From contig JAVHLC010000011.1 of NCBI GenBank assembly GCA_031082315.1, positions 35,117 to 99,116 of the forward strand: a stretch of DNA of 64,000 bases, read 5' to 3'. Each line of letters opens with the position of its first letter. The stretch's first letter is position 1. Position numbers and translations under genes: made by a program. Positions 48,357-59,252 of the stretch are shown here, in pieces. The DNA comes from Thermodesulfobacteriota bacterium. GTDB taxonomy: Bacteria; Desulfobacterota; QYQD01. A model generated the notes under the pieces. The model had not been told where the DNA came from and searched no databases. It saw only the letters and a list, made by a program, of their open reading frames with translations.

Positions 48357-49318
48357 CGCACGAAGTGTCCTTTTTCTACCTCAAGAAGTTGTGGTTCGGT
48401 GCTGAGACATTCTTTATGCGCTTCTTTACAGCGGTTCTGAAAGGTGCAGCCTCCGGGCAGGGCGGAAAGCGAGGGGACCGTGCCGGGTATGGGCGTAAGG
48501 CGGCGTAAGGGTTCTTTATTCAATGAAATGTGCGGCAGGGAGGCCAGGAGCCCCCTGGTATAGGGATGGAGCGGCCGGGAAAAGAGGTTATCGACACCGG
48601 CCTCTTCAACTATGCGTCCGGCGTACATGACGATAACCCTTTGGCCTACCTCGGCCACCACGCCGAGATTGTGGGTAATCAAAAGGAGGGCCATGCCGGT
48701 TTTCTTTTTGATCTCGGCGAGCAGATCCAGTATCTGGGCCTGGATGGTGACGTCCAGGGCCGTGGTCGGTTCATCGGCAATTATGAGGTCCGGCCGGCAG
48801 GCCAGGGCCATGGCGATCATAACCCTTTGTCTTAGTCCGCCGCTCAGTTGGTGGGGGTAATGCCTTATCCGTTCGGCAGGGGAGGGGACGCCGACCAGGC
48901 CGAGGAGTTCAACGGCTTTTTGTTCGGCCTGATGACGCGTCATCTTTTCATGTACGAGTATGGTCTCTGTGATCTGGTCGCCTATGGTGAAGACCGGATT
49001 GAGCGCGGTCATCGGCTCCTGAAAGACCATGGAAATCCGCCGGCCCCGGAGGCGGCGCAGGTCTTTCTCTTCCAGTTTCATAATATCCCGGCCGTCGAAC
49101 AGGATTGAACCGGAGACTATCCTGCCGGGAGGGTCCGGGATGAGCCTCAATATGGACAGGGCCGTGACGCTCTTACCACAGCCGGACTCACCTACGACGC
49201 AGACAGTTTCGCCCTTTTCCACAGTGAAGCTTACGCCATCAACCGCCTTTAAGGTGCCTTCTTCGGTGTAAAAATATGTCTTTAAGTCCTGGACGGAAAG
49301 TAGTGGCTGGGGTGTCAT
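48329..49318 (-). CDS. Oligopeptide/dipeptide ABC transporter ATP-binding protein (OppD/DppD type)
   Basis: 329 aa. Has Walker [10 protein letters not shown] and the signature LSGGLRQR. Confidence 0.8.
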   Translation of the reverse strand: MTPQPLLSVQDLKTYFYTEEGTLKAVDGVSFTVEKGETVCVVGESGCGKSVTALSILRLIPDPPGRIVSGSILFDGRDIMKLEEKDLRRLRGRRISMVFQEPMTALNPVFTIGDQITETILVHEKMTRHQAEQKAVELLGLVGVPSPAERIRHYPHQLSGGLRQRVMIAMALACRPDLIIADEPTTALDVTIQAQILDLLAEIKKKTGMALLLITHNLGVVAEVGQRVIVMYAGRIVEEAGVDNLFSRPLHPYTRGLLASLPHISLNKEPLRRLTPIPGTVPSLSALPGGCTFQNRCKEAHKECLSTEPQLLEVEKGHFVRCFLKADRP

Positions 49319-49524
49319 GCGTGGTACTCATTCGAAAAAAAACAACCGTTTCCGGCTGGGAGTTCTCCGCAATCAGCAAGTAGCTGTTGGAGATAGAATC
49401 CAGAATTCAGGAGTCAGAATACAAAAGAGCTGAAAGCTGAGCGCTGATGGCTGACTGCCGACTAGATTATAATAAAACAAAGATTGTTTCAAGGGAATGT
49501 TTGCCGTATAATACGTCTCTGGAT

Positions 49525-51201
49525 ATGAAAACGCCGGCAAAGATATGGGAAATCAGCGGCCGCATGCTCCTGGTCTGGGGGGTTCTTGCCCTCATATCTT
49601 GTCCGGCCTGTTCCCGGCCGGAAGACAGCGGTAAATCCCTGGAACGTCCGGCAGCAGCCGGACCGCCCTGCTATGGCGACACCCTGATCACCGGGTCTAT
49701 CGGCGAGCCTTCAAACTTAATTCCGATCCTTGCTTCCGATAGTTCTTCTCATGAGGTGGCCGGCCTCATATACAACGGCCTCGTGAAATATGACAAAGAC
49801 CTGAAGCTGGTGGGTGATCTGGCCGAATCGTTTAAGGTCTCAAAATCCGGGTTGGTCATTACCTTTCATCTGCGAAAGGGGGTAAGGTGGCATGACGGTC
49901 AACCTTTTACCGCCGCAGACGTCTTATTTACCTATAAGACTATGGTCGATCCACATACTCCAACCGCCTATGCCGAAGACTTCCTGCAGGTGGAAAGGGC
50001 GGAGGCGACGGACCCTTATACCTTCCGGGTTACCTATAAAAAGCCCTTTGCCCCGGCCCTGGCCAGTTGGGGTATTTCTATTCTGCCCGGACATCTTCTG
50101 GAGGGAAGGGATATCATGAAGAGCCCTCTGGCGCGCCATCCCGTCGGCACAGGCCCCTTTATCTTCAAGGAATGGAAGGCCGGGGAAAAGGTGGTCCTCA
50201 CCTATAACCCTGATTACTTTGAGGGCCGTCCCTATATCGATCGGTATATCTACCGGATTATCCCCGATTCCGCCACCATGTTTATGGAGCTTAAGGCCGG
50301 AGGTATAGATAACATGGGCCTTAGCCCACTTCAATATGCCCGGCAGACCGAGTATCGAAAGTTTAAAGAGAACTTTAACAAGTACCGCTATCCGGCCTTT
50401 GCCTATACCTATCTGGGTTTTAATCTCGAAGATGAAAAGTTCAGGGACAGGCGGGTGAGGCAGGCCATTTCCTATGCCATCAATCGCGGAGAGCTTATCG
50501 AAGGGGTCCTCCTCGGTCTGGGGCAGGAGGCCACAGGTCCGTATAAACCCGGCACCTGGGCCTGTAATCCCAATGTAAAGCAATATCCCTATAACCCCGT
50601 CAAGGCGCGGGAACTTCTACAAGAAGCGGGGTGGCGGGATACGAATGGTGACGGCATATTGGACAAGGGTGGGATACCATTTCGTTTCACCATCATTACC
50701 AATCAGGGGAATGATACCCGTGCCCGGACGGCAGAGATCATCCAGCGCCGGCTGAAAGAGGTCGGCATTGATGTTAAGATCCGGATTATTGAATGGGCGG
50801 CCTTTATCAAGGAATTTATTGAGAAAAAGGCATTTGAGGCCACCATTCTGGGATGGACAATAAGCCAGGACCCCGATATATACGACGTCTGGCACTCTTC
50901 CAAGACAAGACCCGGCGAGTTAAACTTCATCTCTTATAGAAATACAGAGGTAGATGCCTTGCTGGAAAAGGGCAGGCGCACTTTTGACCAAGAGGAACGC
51001 AGAAAGATTTACTGGCGTATTCAGGAGATACTGGCCGAGGAAGCGCCTTATGTGTTTCTCTATGTCCCGGACGCCCTTCCCGTGGTTCAGGCCCGGGTTA
51101 AGGGCATTGAACCCGCTGCCGCGGGTATAACCTATAACCTGATTAAGTGGTATGTGCCAAAGACGGAGCAGAGATATAAAATGAATGATAGTAACCGTTG
51201 A
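49525..51201 (+). CDS. ABC transporter substrate-binding lipoprotein, family 5 (Opp/Dpp/Nik type)
   Basis: MKTPAKIWEISGRMLLVWGVLALISC forms a lipobox, followed by an SBP_bac_5 body. The listed ORF starts earlier, at 49447. Confidence 0.75.
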   Translation: MKTPAKIWEISGRMLLVWGVLALISCPACSRPEDSGKSLERPAAAGPPCYGDTLITGSIGEPSNLIPILASDSSSHEVAGLIYNGLVKYDKDLKLVGDLAESFKVSKSGLVITFHLRKGVRWHDGQPFTAADVLFTYKTMVDPHTPTAYAEDFLQVERAEATDPYTFRVTYKKPFAPALASWGISILPGHLLEGRDIMKSPLARHPVGTGPFIFKEWKAGEKVVLTYNPDYFEGRPYIDRYIYRIIPDSATMFMELKAGGIDNMGLSPLQYARQTEYRKFKENFNKYRYPAFAYTYLGFNLEDEKFRDRRVRQAISYAINRGELIEGVLLGLGQEATGPYKPGTWACNPNVKQYPYNPVKARELLQEAGWRDTNGDGILDKGGIPFRFTIITNQGNDTRARTAEIIQRRLKEVGIDVKIRIIEWAAFIKEFIEKKAFEATILGWTISQDPDIYDVWHSSKTRPGELNFISYRNTEVDALLEKGRRTFDQEERRKIYWRIQEILAEEAPYVFLYVPDALPVVQARVKGIEPAAAGITYNLIKWYVPKTEQRYKMNDSNR

Positions 51202-51287
51202 CCGTTGACCGTTCACCGAAGAAGACGTTTTTCTCCCTTTTCACGGGCAACGGTGAACTGATAACGGTGAACGGTTACAAATGATGG
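51192..51287. repeat. D repeat copy 2: a palindromic array of ACCGTTG/CAACGGT heptamers
   Basis: taaccgttgaccgttgaccgttcaccg ...(spacer)... gcaacggtgaactgataacggtgaacggttac forms an inverted repeat downstream of the SBP gene. Confidence 0.65.
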
Positions 51288-51318
51288 CGCATGGCTCATA
51301 GCCGATAGCTCATAAATA

Positions 51319-52293
51319 ATGGCTACTTATATCCTGAAAAGATTATTTCTAATGATCCCAATCTTTCTGGGGATAACCGTGATCTCCTTTGCCGTCCTGC
51401 ATCTTGCCCCTGGTGCGCCCACGGAGATGCAGACCATGATGCAGCCCAAGGTCTCTCTGGAGGCCCGGGCCCGCCTCAACGCCATCTACGGCCTGGATAA
51501 GCCCCTCCCTATACAGTATTTTGACTGGCTGAAGAGGCTGGTGCGATTTGACTTTGGCCGGTCTTTTTCGTCTGACAACCGGCCGGTACAGGAGAAGATC
51601 ATGGAGAGGTTGCCGGTTACCCTCTTTATTAACATCCTCTCTCTGGTTCTTATCTTAGTTGTGGCCATACCCATCGGGATACTCTCGGCGGTTCACCGGT
51701 ATTCTCTTTTTGACAAGGCCACCACGCTTTTTGTCTTTATAGGGTTTGCCGCTCCGACCTTCTGGCTGGCGCTGCTTTTGATGCTCGTTTTTGGCGTACA
51801 TCTGGACTGGCTGCCTATATCCGGTATCAAGTCCCTGAACTATGAATACCTTGGTTTCTGGGGTAAAACGGTTGACTTGGGCAGGCATCTCATTCTCCCG
51901 GTCCTGCTTTCGGCGTTCGGCGGGTTAGCCGGCCTTTCGCGCTATATGCGGTCCAACATGCTGGAGGTAATACGGCAGGATTATATCCTTACGGCCAGGG
52001 CTAAAGGCCTGCCTGAACGGGTGGTTATCTATAAACACGCCCTGCGCAATGCCTTGCTTCCGGTGGTGACTGTTCTGGGCTTGTCTATCCCCGGCCTCAT
52101 CGGCGGCAGCGTCATCTTTGAATCGATATTTGCCATTCCAGGCATGGGACAGCTATTTTACGGGGCGGTCATGGCCAGAGACTATCCGGTAGTCATGGGT
52201 GAGCTGGTCATCGGAGCGGTTCTGACTCTTATTGGCAACCTGGTAGCGGATATCTCTTATGCCCTGGTTGATCCACGGATACGGGTGCGATAA
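51319..52293 (+). CDS. ABC transporter permease (OppB/DppB type)
   Basis: 324 aa with 6 TM segments and the BPD_transp_1 EAA-like region. Confidence 0.75.
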   Translation: MATYILKRLFLMIPIFLGITVISFAVLHLAPGAPTEMQTMMQPKVSLEARARLNAIYGLDKPLPIQYFDWLKRLVRFDFGRSFSSDNRPVQEKIMERLPVTLFINILSLVLILVVAIPIGILSAVHRYSLFDKATTLFVFIGFAAPTFWLALLLMLVFGVHLDWLPISGIKSLNYEYLGFWGKTVDLGRHLILPVLLSAFGGLAGLSRYMRSNMLEVIRQDYILTARAKGLPERVVIYKHALRNALLPVVTVLGLSIPGLIGGSVIFESIFAIPGMGQLFYGAVMARDYPVVMGELVIGAVLTLIGNLVADISYALVDPRIRVR

Positions 52294-52296
52294 GTA

Positions 52297-53151
52297 ATGA
52301 CAAGGGCCTTAGTTAAAGAATTCTGGCAGCGCTTCAGACGTCATCGCCTGGGGTTAATAGGGGCGGGGGTTGTATGGCTTCTTTTTATCGTTTCTCTGGC
52401 GGCCCCTGTACTTTCTCCCTACGATCCAAGCTATATTGATATCAAATCTATCATGGAACCACCCGGTTATGAACATCTCCTTGGCACTGATCAGTTGGGC
52501 CGCGATGTCCTCAGCCGGATTATATGGGGAGGGCGCATCTCCCTTATGGTAGGGTTTGTAGCCGTGGGTATCGCTATGGTTATCGGTGTCTTTTTAGGGG
52601 CTATGGCCGGTTACTACGGCGGTTATGTGGATACGGTTATTATGCGTTTTGTGGATATCATGCTCTGTTTCCCGACGTTTTTTTTGATCCTGGCGGTCGT
52701 GGCCTTGCTTGAGCCCAGTATCTGGAATATCATGGTGGTCATCGGGGCAACGGGGTGGATGGGAATGGCCCGTTTGATTAGGGCGGAGATACTGTCCATA
52801 AAGGAGAGGGACTATGTCCTGGCGGCCCGGGCCTTAGGAGCCAGCCATACCCGTATAATATGGAGGCATATTATACCGAATGCCATGGCTCCGGTACTGG
52901 TCGCTGCCACTCTGGGCGTAGCTGCGGCCATACTGACCGAATCTGCCCTGAGTTTTTTGGGTATTGGTGTCCAGCCGCCCACGCCGAGTTGGGGTAATAT
53001 CCTTACCGCGGGCAAGGACAGTATTGAAGTAGCCTGGTGGCTTTCTTTTTATCCGGGTATGGCTATACTTATTACTGTGCTTGGCTATAACCTCCTTGGT
53101 GAAGGTATAAGAGATGCTATCGATCCACGACTGAGGGAAGGAAGAGGATGA
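52297..53151 (+). CDS. ABC transporter permease (OppC/DppC type)
   Basis: 284 aa with 6 TM segments. Coupled to the preceding permease gene. Confidence 0.75.
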   Translation: MTRALVKEFWQRFRRHRLGLIGAGVVWLLFIVSLAAPVLSPYDPSYIDIKSIMEPPGYEHLLGTDQLGRDVLSRIIWGGRISLMVGFVAVGIAMVIGVFLGAMAGYYGGYVDTVIMRFVDIMLCFPTFFLILAVVALLEPSIWNIMVVIGATGWMGMARLIRAEILSIKERDYVLAARALGASHTRIIWRHIIPNAMAPVLVAATLGVAAAILTESALSFLGIGVQPPTPSWGNILTAGKDSIEVAWWLSFYPGMAILITVLGYNLLGEGIRDAIDPRLREGRG

Positions 53152-56114
53152 TAAGAAAGGGTTGTGTCCTCCTAATCTGGTTTTTCCTGATGGGGGTTGC
53201 GGATGTAACGGCAGCCGACAAGGTGTCGGGTAATAAGACCGCTTCTCCGCCTGCGGTCCCCGGCACAAGAATAATTATGAAACAGGAAGATGCGCCGCGA
53301 TGGAAAAGCAAATGGGATCTGGCGCGTAAATTTACCCGTCAGAAGAAATATGACGTAGCCCTGGTTCTGTACAGGGAAGTATTGGAGATCAAGCCTAACC
53401 TGGATGACGCCCGTTTTGAGATGGCCCAGATATTGAGATATATGGGGAAAGATACAGAGGCCATAGAGGCCCTGGAGATTTTTTTAGAGTCAAAGCCTGA
53501 CCGCACCGATGCCATGCTTCCTCTGGCCGAACTTTTGGCTGCCCACGAGAATGAAAAAAGGGCCGTCAAACTTTACGAACAGATACTTTTAAAGGAATCC
53601 GCGAATTTTTCCGCCTTGAAGGGTCTGGGAGAGGCTTATCTTAAGCTAAAAAGCTATTCAGAGGCATCTAATTATCTACTTAAGGCATTGAGTTTAAACC
53701 CCCGAGACGTGGATCTGATTTATAAGATGGCTATCTGTCTGGATAACCTGGGAAAATACGGCGAAGCCGTAGCCTATTACCAAAGGCTGATCGGCCTTAA
53801 AGGCAACGACCCGGTTTTTATTCACCGTTATGTGGACTCTCTTATAAGCGCTGGTCGTGAGACAGAGGCCATAGATGTGCTTGCCGGATTTCTGAAAACT
53901 TATCCGGATAATCTGGCGGGCCATGATAAGATTGCCCAGCTTTATCTTAAGAAAGAGAAGAAGAAAGAGGCGCTGCCTCATCTGAAAGAGGCGCTGGCCA
54001 AAAATCGAAATGACAGTAAGCTCCTTTTTAAGATAGGGCAGATTGAAAGTGAACTCGGGCTTTACAAGGATGCCGCAGTCAGCCTCCAGGCCCTGTTAAA
54101 GATTGAACCGAAACACAGAGAGGGGATGGTTGTACTTGCTCAAGCCCTTTCTGCCGGCGGACAATACCCGGCAGCTATAGAACAGTATAAGACCTACCTG
54201 TCCCTTGCCCCAAAGGACGAAGAGGCCCTTAAAGAACTGGCCGGGATTTACCTGAAGACCAAAGAATATACAGAGGCCTCTGCCATATATGAGAAACTAA
54301 GCCAGGAGTACCCCCAAAAAACAGGCCTTAAAATTGATCTGGCTGATATATGGCTGAAAATGGGTGAACAGGAAAAGGCCCTTAAGCCCCTTGAGGATGT
54401 TTTATCCCTGGAGCCTAAGAATAAAGAGGCCCTGGTGAAGAGGGCCACAATACTACAGACATTGGGTAGGATAGGTGAGGCCACCCGGGCCTGGCAGACG
54501 GCGATTGAGGTTTATCCTGAACTGACATCGGCAAAGCTGGCCTTGTCCCATCTCCTTATTGAACAGGCCCGGACGGTTGCCGCCCAAAAATTATTTCGCT
54601 CTGTTCTGGCAGATGATGGTAAGAACCTAGAGGCACTGAAAGGACTGGCAAAAACAAATGAGAGGAGGGGTGAGCTGGATTTAGCCCTGGATGCATATAA
54701 AAAGATACTGTCTGCCTATCCCGATGATAAGGATGCAAAGTTCGGTCTGGCCCGCACTTACGAGGGCCTGAAGGATTATGAAGAGGCCGGTAAGTGTTAT
54801 GCCCGTCTGTTGGCCGAAAATCCCGACTCCCAGGAGGTCCTGCTTGGCCTCGCTCGTCTGGCAAGGCTCTCCGGTAACTACTATAAGAGTCGGACGATGT
54901 ATTCAGACATTTTAAAACGCTGTCCTGACCTTGAAGCCGCCTGCGGCGGACTGGCAGAGCTTTACATTGATGAAGGACGTGCGGATTATGTCCGGGCGGA
55001 ATATCGGAAGATGATCTTAAAAGATCCGGGTTCGGCGGCGGGGGTTCGAGGCCTGGCCCTTCTCCATCTGAGAGATAATGAGTACAAAGCGGCTGAGGAA
55101 CTTCTAAGGAGTTATCTTGCCTCTCACAGCGGCAGCGACGGGGATCATCTTCTACTGGCTCGAATACTCATGGGGCGCAAAAAATGGGACGAGGCCGCGG
55201 GTATTTATCAATCAATGTTTAGCAGGGGCGATACGGCCGGAGAGGCGCGGACCGGGCTGGCCGAAAATTACTATAGAAGCGAACGATTTCCGCAGGCCGT
55301 GGCCGTTTATAATGCGGCGTTACAGGAAAGGCCATACTCAGCGCTGGCATTAACCGGACTCAGAAAATCTCTGGTCGAAACCGGGGACGGCATATATTTT
55401 GAGACTATTGGCCTGGAGATCGAAGGGCTATGCCGGCGCCGTCCTGATATCTTTTGGAATGATGATTTCTTTAAAAGTGAACTCCTTGACTGGCCGGAGA
55501 AGGTGGCCCTGTACCAAGGGATCAAAGAGAACAATCCCGAACACTTCCTGGCCGGATGGTTCTTGGCCCAGGCCCTGGAGCATGTGGATGTGGATAGAGC
55601 ACTGAAGGAATATGAAGACTGGGTGGAGAAATATTCGGATAATGAGGGGGGGGTGCTCAAGCTGGCCCGGCTTTACGCCCGGAAGTTTGCCTTTTCTAAG
55701 GCCCTGGCCCGGTATGATAAGCTCCTGGCCATCGATCCCAATAATGCCCTTTACCAGGGCGAAAAGATACAACTGTTTTTTGATTGGGGGCGTGGCGATG
55801 AGGCCTTGGTCCTTTTGAAAACGCTCCTTATCCCTCATGTCGATGACGTAATTGAAGAGAAGCTTAAACAACTAGCGGAGAACGAAGAGGACCAGGAGAT
55901 AAAGGATAAGCTGGTTCGCTTTCTTTCCAAAAGACCTAAGGGCTCTGTCTATTGGTTGTATGAAAAAATTTCCCGCGAGATTGAAAAGAAAAGGTTCCCG
56001 CAAAAACTCCTCCTCGGCATGGAGCGAGTCCGCCTGGACCTGTATGGAGATTACCTGATTCAAAAAAAAGCGCACGATAAAGGGAGGATCTTCAGCATTA
56101 TTCCCCGGAGGTAG
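53148..56114 (+). CDS. Large secreted TPR-repeat protein, possibly a PEP-CTERM-system PrsT-like protein
   Basis: 988 aa. Has a signal peptide and more than 15 TPR-like repeats. A length of about 900-1000 aa and the neighbouring PEP-CTERM genes suggest PrsT; this is an inference. Confidence 0.5.
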   Translation: MIRKGCVLLIWFFLMGVADVTAADKVSGNKTASPPAVPGTRIIMKQEDAPRWKSKWDLARKFTRQKKYDVALVLYREVLEIKPNLDDARFEMAQILRYMGKDTEAIEALEIFLESKPDRTDAMLPLAELLAAHENEKRAVKLYEQILLKESANFSALKGLGEAYLKLKSYSEASNYLLKALSLNPRDVDLIYKMAICLDNLGKYGEAVAYYQRLIGLKGNDPVFIHRYVDSLISAGRETEAIDVLAGFLKTYPDNLAGHDKIAQLYLKKEKKKEALPHLKEALAKNRNDSKLLFKIGQIESELGLYKDAAVSLQALLKIEPKHREGMVVLAQALSAGGQYPAAIEQYKTYLSLAPKDEEALKELAGIYLKTKEYTEASAIYEKLSQEYPQKTGLKIDLADIWLKMGEQEKALKPLEDVLSLEPKNKEALVKRATILQTLGRIGEATRAWQTAIEVYPELTSAKLALSHLLIEQARTVAAQKLFRSVLADDGKNLEALKGLAKTNERRGELDLALDAYKKILSAYPDDKDAKFGLARTYEGLKDYEEAGKCYARLLAENPDSQEVLLGLARLARLSGNYYKSRTMYSDILKRCPDLEAACGGLAELYIDEGRADYVRAEYRKMILKDPGSAAGVRGLALLHLRDNEYKAAEELLRSYLASHSGSDGDHLLLARILMGRKKWDEAAGIYQSMFSRGDTAGEARTGLAENYYRSERFPQAVAVYNAALQERPYSALALTGLRKSLVETGDGIYFETIGLEIEGLCRRRPDIFWNDDFFKSELLDWPEKVALYQGIKENNPEHFLAGWFLAQALEHVDVDRALKEYEDWVEKYSDNEGGVLKLARLYARKFAFSKALARYDKLLAIDPNNALYQGEKIQLFFDWGRGDEALVLLKTLLIPHVDDVIEEKLKQLAENEEDQEIKDKLVRFLSKRPKGSVYWLYEKISREIEKKRFPQKLLLGMERVRLDLYGDYLIQKKAHDKGRIFSIIPRR

Positions 56115-56545
56115 AGATTGCCGGGGTCACATCTCCATATGTTATTACTGTTCCTACGTGTGTAGGGATGACCGCAAAACGATAAGTACATAAACTTGAT
56201 CAATTCGTAAAAAAGCCCTCTCACCGCTGAGCACGCAGAGCCCGCAGAGAAAACATGTAACCTATTCAATATGTTATCTCGGCGTTCTCGGCGGCCTCTG
56301 CGGTAATTTTGACTTTTTATAAAATCATCAAACTTGACAGGAACTGTTTTGGGGTACATTATTAGGGTGGTAATGAAATGGAGACGACATGGAAGATGTG
56401 CTGATTATAATACTGGTCATAGCCTTTTTTGTGGCGCTGTTTAAGTGGGTAGTGCCTCGCCTAAAGCCGCCAACCTCCTTCGGTTGTCCTACCTGAGCAA
56501 CCAAAAAACCTCACTCTGCGGGCCGCAGAAATAAGAAATGAATTG

Positions 56546-56694
56546 GTTTTCATCCGGAAAACCAAGTTTTCCGGATGGAGCAGTCAGCACTCAGCTATCA
56601 GCATTCAGCTTAACATAATGTTTGTCCTACTCTTTTGCTGACAGCTGATGGCTGAAAGCGTGAAGCCGGAAACAGTAGTTTCCGGATGAAAACT
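56546..56694. repeat. B-family MITE-like element, copy B2 (complete, with ~16-bp terminal inverted repeats)
   Basis: The left end GTTTTCATCCGGAAAAC and the reverse complement of the right end GTTTTCATCCGGAAAC match. The right TIR supplies the ATG at 56686 for the listed AOR ORF. Confidence 0.75.
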
Positions 56695-56730
56695 GGATTG
56701 ATTTTTAGCAGGGCAGGACGGGACGAAATG

Positions 56731-58509
56731 GCTGGTTATTGGAAGAAGCTTCTTAGGATAAATCTTACCAGTGGGAAAACCGAGACAGAAGAGATACCTG
56801 AGGAGATTATCACCAAATACCTTGGCGCCAAGGGTATCGGAGCCTACTACTTTATAAAAGGCCTTAAAAAGGGCATCGACCCCCTTTCTCCTGAAAACAG
56901 GATTGTCCTGGCTACAGGGCCTTTTCAGGGTACGGAAATTCTATCCAGTGGCCGTTTCGCGGTTATTACCAAGTCTCCCCTTACCGGCATATTTCTGGAT
57001 AGCTATAGCGGGGGGCTGTTTGGCCCCGGTCTCAAATACTGCGGTTTTGATCTGGCGATTATCGAAGGCAAAACAAAAAAGCCTGTATATATCTGCATAA
57101 CCAATGGGCGGGCCCAGATAAAGGATGCTGCGCATCTATGGGGAAGGACCACGGCTGAAACAGAAAAGATCATAAGGTCAGCGGAAGGCGAGGATACGAA
57201 GGTAGTTTCCATAGGCGTGGCCGGAGAAAACGGGGCGCTTTTCTCCTGTCTGATCAGTGACAGGCGCCGCGCCGCGGGCCGGGGGGGAGCAGGGGCGGTC
57301 TTTGGGGCGAAGAACCTTAAGGCCGTAGCGGTAAACGGTACGCTGGCTATCCCGGTTCATGATGCTAAAAAGATAAAGGAATTAAATCGAAGGGCTGTGC
57401 AGGCCGTGGCACAGAGGCGTAAAGATAACGCCGGCCTTTATCTTTACGGTACCTCATCAGTATTGGAATATTCCCACAGGAAAGACCGCTTACCGGTCCT
57501 CAATTTTCAAAAAGGTGAGTGGGAATACTATGAGGGACTGGATGGGGAGACCATCCATCGGGAGAATAAGGTTAAATTCAACCCCTGTTGTCCCTGTCCG
57601 ATTGCCTGTGGCGGTATTCTTACCTCTCAAGGTAAAGACCGGCCGGAGTATGAGACCCTGGCCATGCTGGGGGCAAACTGCGGCCTGAAAAGATATGAGA
57701 CCGTGATTAAGGCCAATGAGCTATGTGATCTTTACGGCCTGGATACGATTTCGACCGGCAATGTCATCGCCTTTGCCATGGAATGTTCGGAAAAAGGGAT
57801 AATAAAAGAAAAGATCAAGTTCGGCGATGAAACGAGGCTTTTGTCGTTGATTGAGGAGATTGCTTATCGCAGGGGCATAGGCGGGCAGTTGGGCTTGGGC
57901 GCCAAAAGATTAGCCGGGATGTGGGGACACGGTTCTCGTGATTTTGCCATGCATGTGAAAGGTCTTGAGATGCCGGCCTGGAATACACGGGGACAGTTAG
58001 GCCAGGGGCTGGCCTATATGACCGCTGATATCGGGGCCAGCCACTTACGCGATGGCCTTGCGGAGCATAGTCCACCTAATAAACCGGCCATGGAGGTTGT
58101 CAAGGAGCTGGTGGAGGCCCAAAACGAGACTACCGCCAGAGATAACTACATAATATGTGCTTTTGCCCTGTACACTGTCTCACACGAGATGTGCCTTGAT
58201 TATTTTAAGGCGGCAACGGGTTTGGGATTAAATAAAGAGAAGATTCAGGAGATAGGCAATCGGATATTCACCCTTATTCGAAGCGTTAATTGCGGGGAGG
58301 GGATAACGCGCAAGGACGATAGCCTCCCGGCCAGGGCCATGAATGAACCCCTGCCTTCTGGAGTGGCCAAAGGCTGTAAGGCGTTTGTTAGTGAGGAAGA
58401 TAAAGAGCAGTGTCTGAATAGATACTATGAACTGCGCGACTGGGACAATAATGGTATTCCCAAAAAGGAGACACTTGAGAAATTAGGGATAGAGAGACTG
58501 ACCCGGTGA
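56731..58509 (+). CDS. Tungsten-containing aldehyde:ferredoxin oxidoreductase family protein
   Basis: MAGYWKKLLRINL matches the AOR N-terminus (MYGNWGRFIRVNL in the P. furiosus AOR). Also has an AFV-like pterin-binding region and the Cys motifs. The listed ORF starts at 56686, inside the MITE. Confidence 0.75.
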   Translation, partial: AGYWKKLLRINLTSGKTETEEIPEEIITKYLGAKGIGAYYFIKGLKKGIDPLSPENRIVLATGPFQGTEILSSGRFAVITKSPLTGIFLDSYSGGLFGPGLKYCGFDLAIIEGKTKKPVYICITNGRAQIKDAAHLWGRTTAETEKIIRSAEGEDTKVVSIGVAGENGALFSCLISDRRRAAGRGGAGAVFGAKNLKAVAVNGTLAIPVHDAKKIKELNRRAVQAVAQRRKDNAGLYLYGTSSVLEYSHRKDRLPVLNFQKGEWEYYEGLDGETIHRENKVKFNPCCPCPIACGGILTSQGKDRPEYETLAMLGANCGLKRYETVIKANELCDLYGLDTISTGNVIAFAMECSEKGIIKEKIKFGDETRLLSLIEEIAYRRGIGGQLGLGAKRLAGMWGHGSRDFAMHVKGLEMPAWNTRGQLGQGLAYMTADIGASHLRDGLAEHSPPNKPAMEVVKELVEAQNETTARDNYIICAFALYTVSHEMCLDYFKAATGLGLNKEKIQEIGNRIFTLIRSVNCGEGITRKDDSLPARAMNEPLPSGVAKGCKAFVSEEDKEQCLNRYYELRDWDNNGIPKKETLEKLGIERLTR

Positions 58510-58511
58510 GA

Positions 58512-59252
58512 TCACGATATTTTTTTAAAGAACTTTTTTCGCCTGATTCCTGCCAGACCAACCAAACCGGAGCCGACGAGAAGCATCGTAGCGGGTTCAG
58601 GAACCGGAGGATTTCCACCACCTGTATCTCCATCTCCGATCCAGCCACTTCCATCAGTGTCTATGCCTGGGGAATTTGGATCATCAATGCCCTGGACATG
58701 GGCTGCTGATCTATAGCTACCGTTGCCGCCTCCTGGAGCACTATAAAAATTGAAGGATGAAGCGGTAAGTCCTGGGATACCTGAAATTACGTAAACCGAA
58801 TAATCATCCTCACCGAATCGAGTAGATACGCTTGCTGTATCAAAAGAGAATTTGATATCAAAATACCCGTCTCCATCTGCCTTAAAGGCGTTACTTCCGG
58901 TCAAAAACGAGGTTGCCTGGACGCTAGAGTAATATGTATCGTAAGTAAAGGTTAAGGAAGTGACAGCAAGATTGGGATCTAGATTGAGATACCAATCACT
59001 TACAAATTCTGATCCAGTCAGATTCGTAGCCTCCATCTTCAATACAACCGTACCATCAGTGTTATCTATAAAAGTCGCAGTGAGCCATGGAGTGAATGGG
59101 GAAGAAGGAGCCTGTGCGCCGGAGAACTCGGTATCAAGTCCAATCGTCAATGGCAGCGCCAGGACAGGTATCGGAGATAAAGCTAAACTCACCAGCGCAA
59201 CGGGAACCATCCATACGAATATAAAAAAACTTTTTAAAGTTTTCATCCTCAT
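58512..59252 (-). CDS. PEP-CTERM sorting-domain secreted protein
   Basis: 246 aa. Has a signal peptide and a C-terminal VPEPATMLLVGSGLVGLAGIRRKK (PEP motif, TM helix and basic tail). Confidence 0.7.
   Translation of the reverse strand: MRMKTLKSFFIFVWMVPVALVSLALSPIPVLALPLTIGLDTEFSGAQAPSSPFTPWLTATFIDNTDGTVVLKMEATNLTGSEFVSDWYLNLDPNLAVTSLTFTYDTYYSSVQATSFLTGSNAFKADGDGYFDIKFSFDTASVSTRFGEDDYSVYVISGIPGLTASSFNFYSAPGGGNGSYRSAAHVQGIDDPNSPGIDTDGSGWIGDGDTGGGNPPVPEPATMLLVGSGLVGLAGIRRKKFFKKIS

Noticed and set aside
56686-56730. The upstream ATG of the AOR ORF (MKTGLIFSRAGRDE…)
   Set aside because: This ATG lies inside the MITE terminal repeat. AOR homologs start at the MxGxWxKxLRxNL motif, which corresponds to the Met at 56731.
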